Shown here: positions 63,401-64,000 of the stretch, in pieces
Layout of the letters: the number at the start of each line of letters is the position of its first letter
Numbering within the stretch: the stretch's first letter is position 1
From: Podarcis melisellensis
Taxonomy: Eukaryota
Assembly: GCA_964234715.1 (NCBI GenBank)
Contig: OZ174289.1
Length of the DNA stretch: 64,000 nt
Direction: 5' to 3' (one strand)
Made by a program: the position numbers and the translations under genes
Notes under the pieces: model-generated
What the model saw: the letters and a program-made list of their open reading frames with translations, nothing else
Database searches by the model: none
Told to the model about the DNA's origin: nothing

Positions 63401-63547
63401 AATCATAAAATTGTATAGTTGGAAGGGACCCTGGGGATCATCTGGTCCAACCATCTGCAATGCAGTAATCCTGCACATAGCTGTCCCTGGGCCCAAACCA
63501 CCAACTTTCTGGTTAACAGCCAGGCACACTAACCCATTGCACCACAA
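63401..63547 (-). mobile_element. tRNA-Asn-derived SINE-like element with CR1-type tail
   Basis: Reverse complement TGTGGTGCAATGGGTTAGTGTGCCTGGCTGTTAACCAGAAAGTTGGTGGTT..GCCCAGGGAC resembles tRNA-Asn(GTT), followed by CTGCATTGCAG..GATGATC..GGTCCCTTCCAAC..ATGATT. Confidence 0.75.
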
Positions 63548-64000
63548 CATGTGTGTGTGTGTACACACACACATTTATACACACACTTGTAGCATACTCA
63601 AGCCTATTCTGGCTTCCCAGTACATGTATACATAGCACAACATGAGCTATAGAAATGTAATAAATAAACGTGCCAATGTTTGTGTATGAAACAAGTAGTG
63701 TAATTACAAGCGCCTGCATTTTCATGACACCCCCTCCCTTTGCCCAAATAAACTTTCAAACTTGCCTTTAATAGTTTATACATTGCTTCAGGCACTTTTC
63801 ATGTTGTTGCTGTAGTGGAAGAGGCAACTTATAACACATTTTACAAATAATGATAAACATCAGCTCGCTGAGCCTGCGAAGCTTTGAATTAATTCTGCTT
63901 TTTGTCCCCTACTGCAAATGACTTTAAAAATTCATTTGCTAAGTGTTACATAGCTGACCACAGGCAGCTGGACTGAACAATCACGCCAGATTTCTCTCTG

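Noticed and set aside
40017-63547. tRNA-like sequences at 40017, 48138, 55664, 57428 and 63483 as tRNA genes
   Set aside because: Their stems are broken and each is fused to a SINE body or tail.

Overview
This is vertebrate, not prokaryotic, DNA. The repeat content (lacertid-type Sauria SINEs, Bov-B, a young L2, hAT and Tc1/mariner MITEs) points to a squamate reptile, most likely a lacertid lizard; that is an inference from repeat families. I could not recognise any host protein-coding exon, so the window reads as a long intron or gene desert. Every ORF with recognisable protein similarity is transposon-derived: a Bov-B RT fragment, an L2 RT fragment, an L1 ORF2 C-terminus, an RTE fragment and a decayed hAT transposase. 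There are about 11 Sauria SINEs in two subfamilies, several other tRNA-derived SINEs, many MITEs with readable TIRs and TSDs, microsatellites, and a 429-N assembly gap (35708-36136). The most notable structures are two multi-level nested insertions (about 4.3-4.9 kb and 11.2-11.9 kb), a MITE inserted inside the apparent terminal repeat of a hAT relic, tRNA-Lys- and tRNA-Asn-headed SINEs sharing one CR1-type tail, a head-to-head inverted SINE pair, and several transposon-free blocks that look like conserved enhancers. I found no convincing evidence for a novel multi-gene biological system. Family names come from recalled motifs, not database searches.
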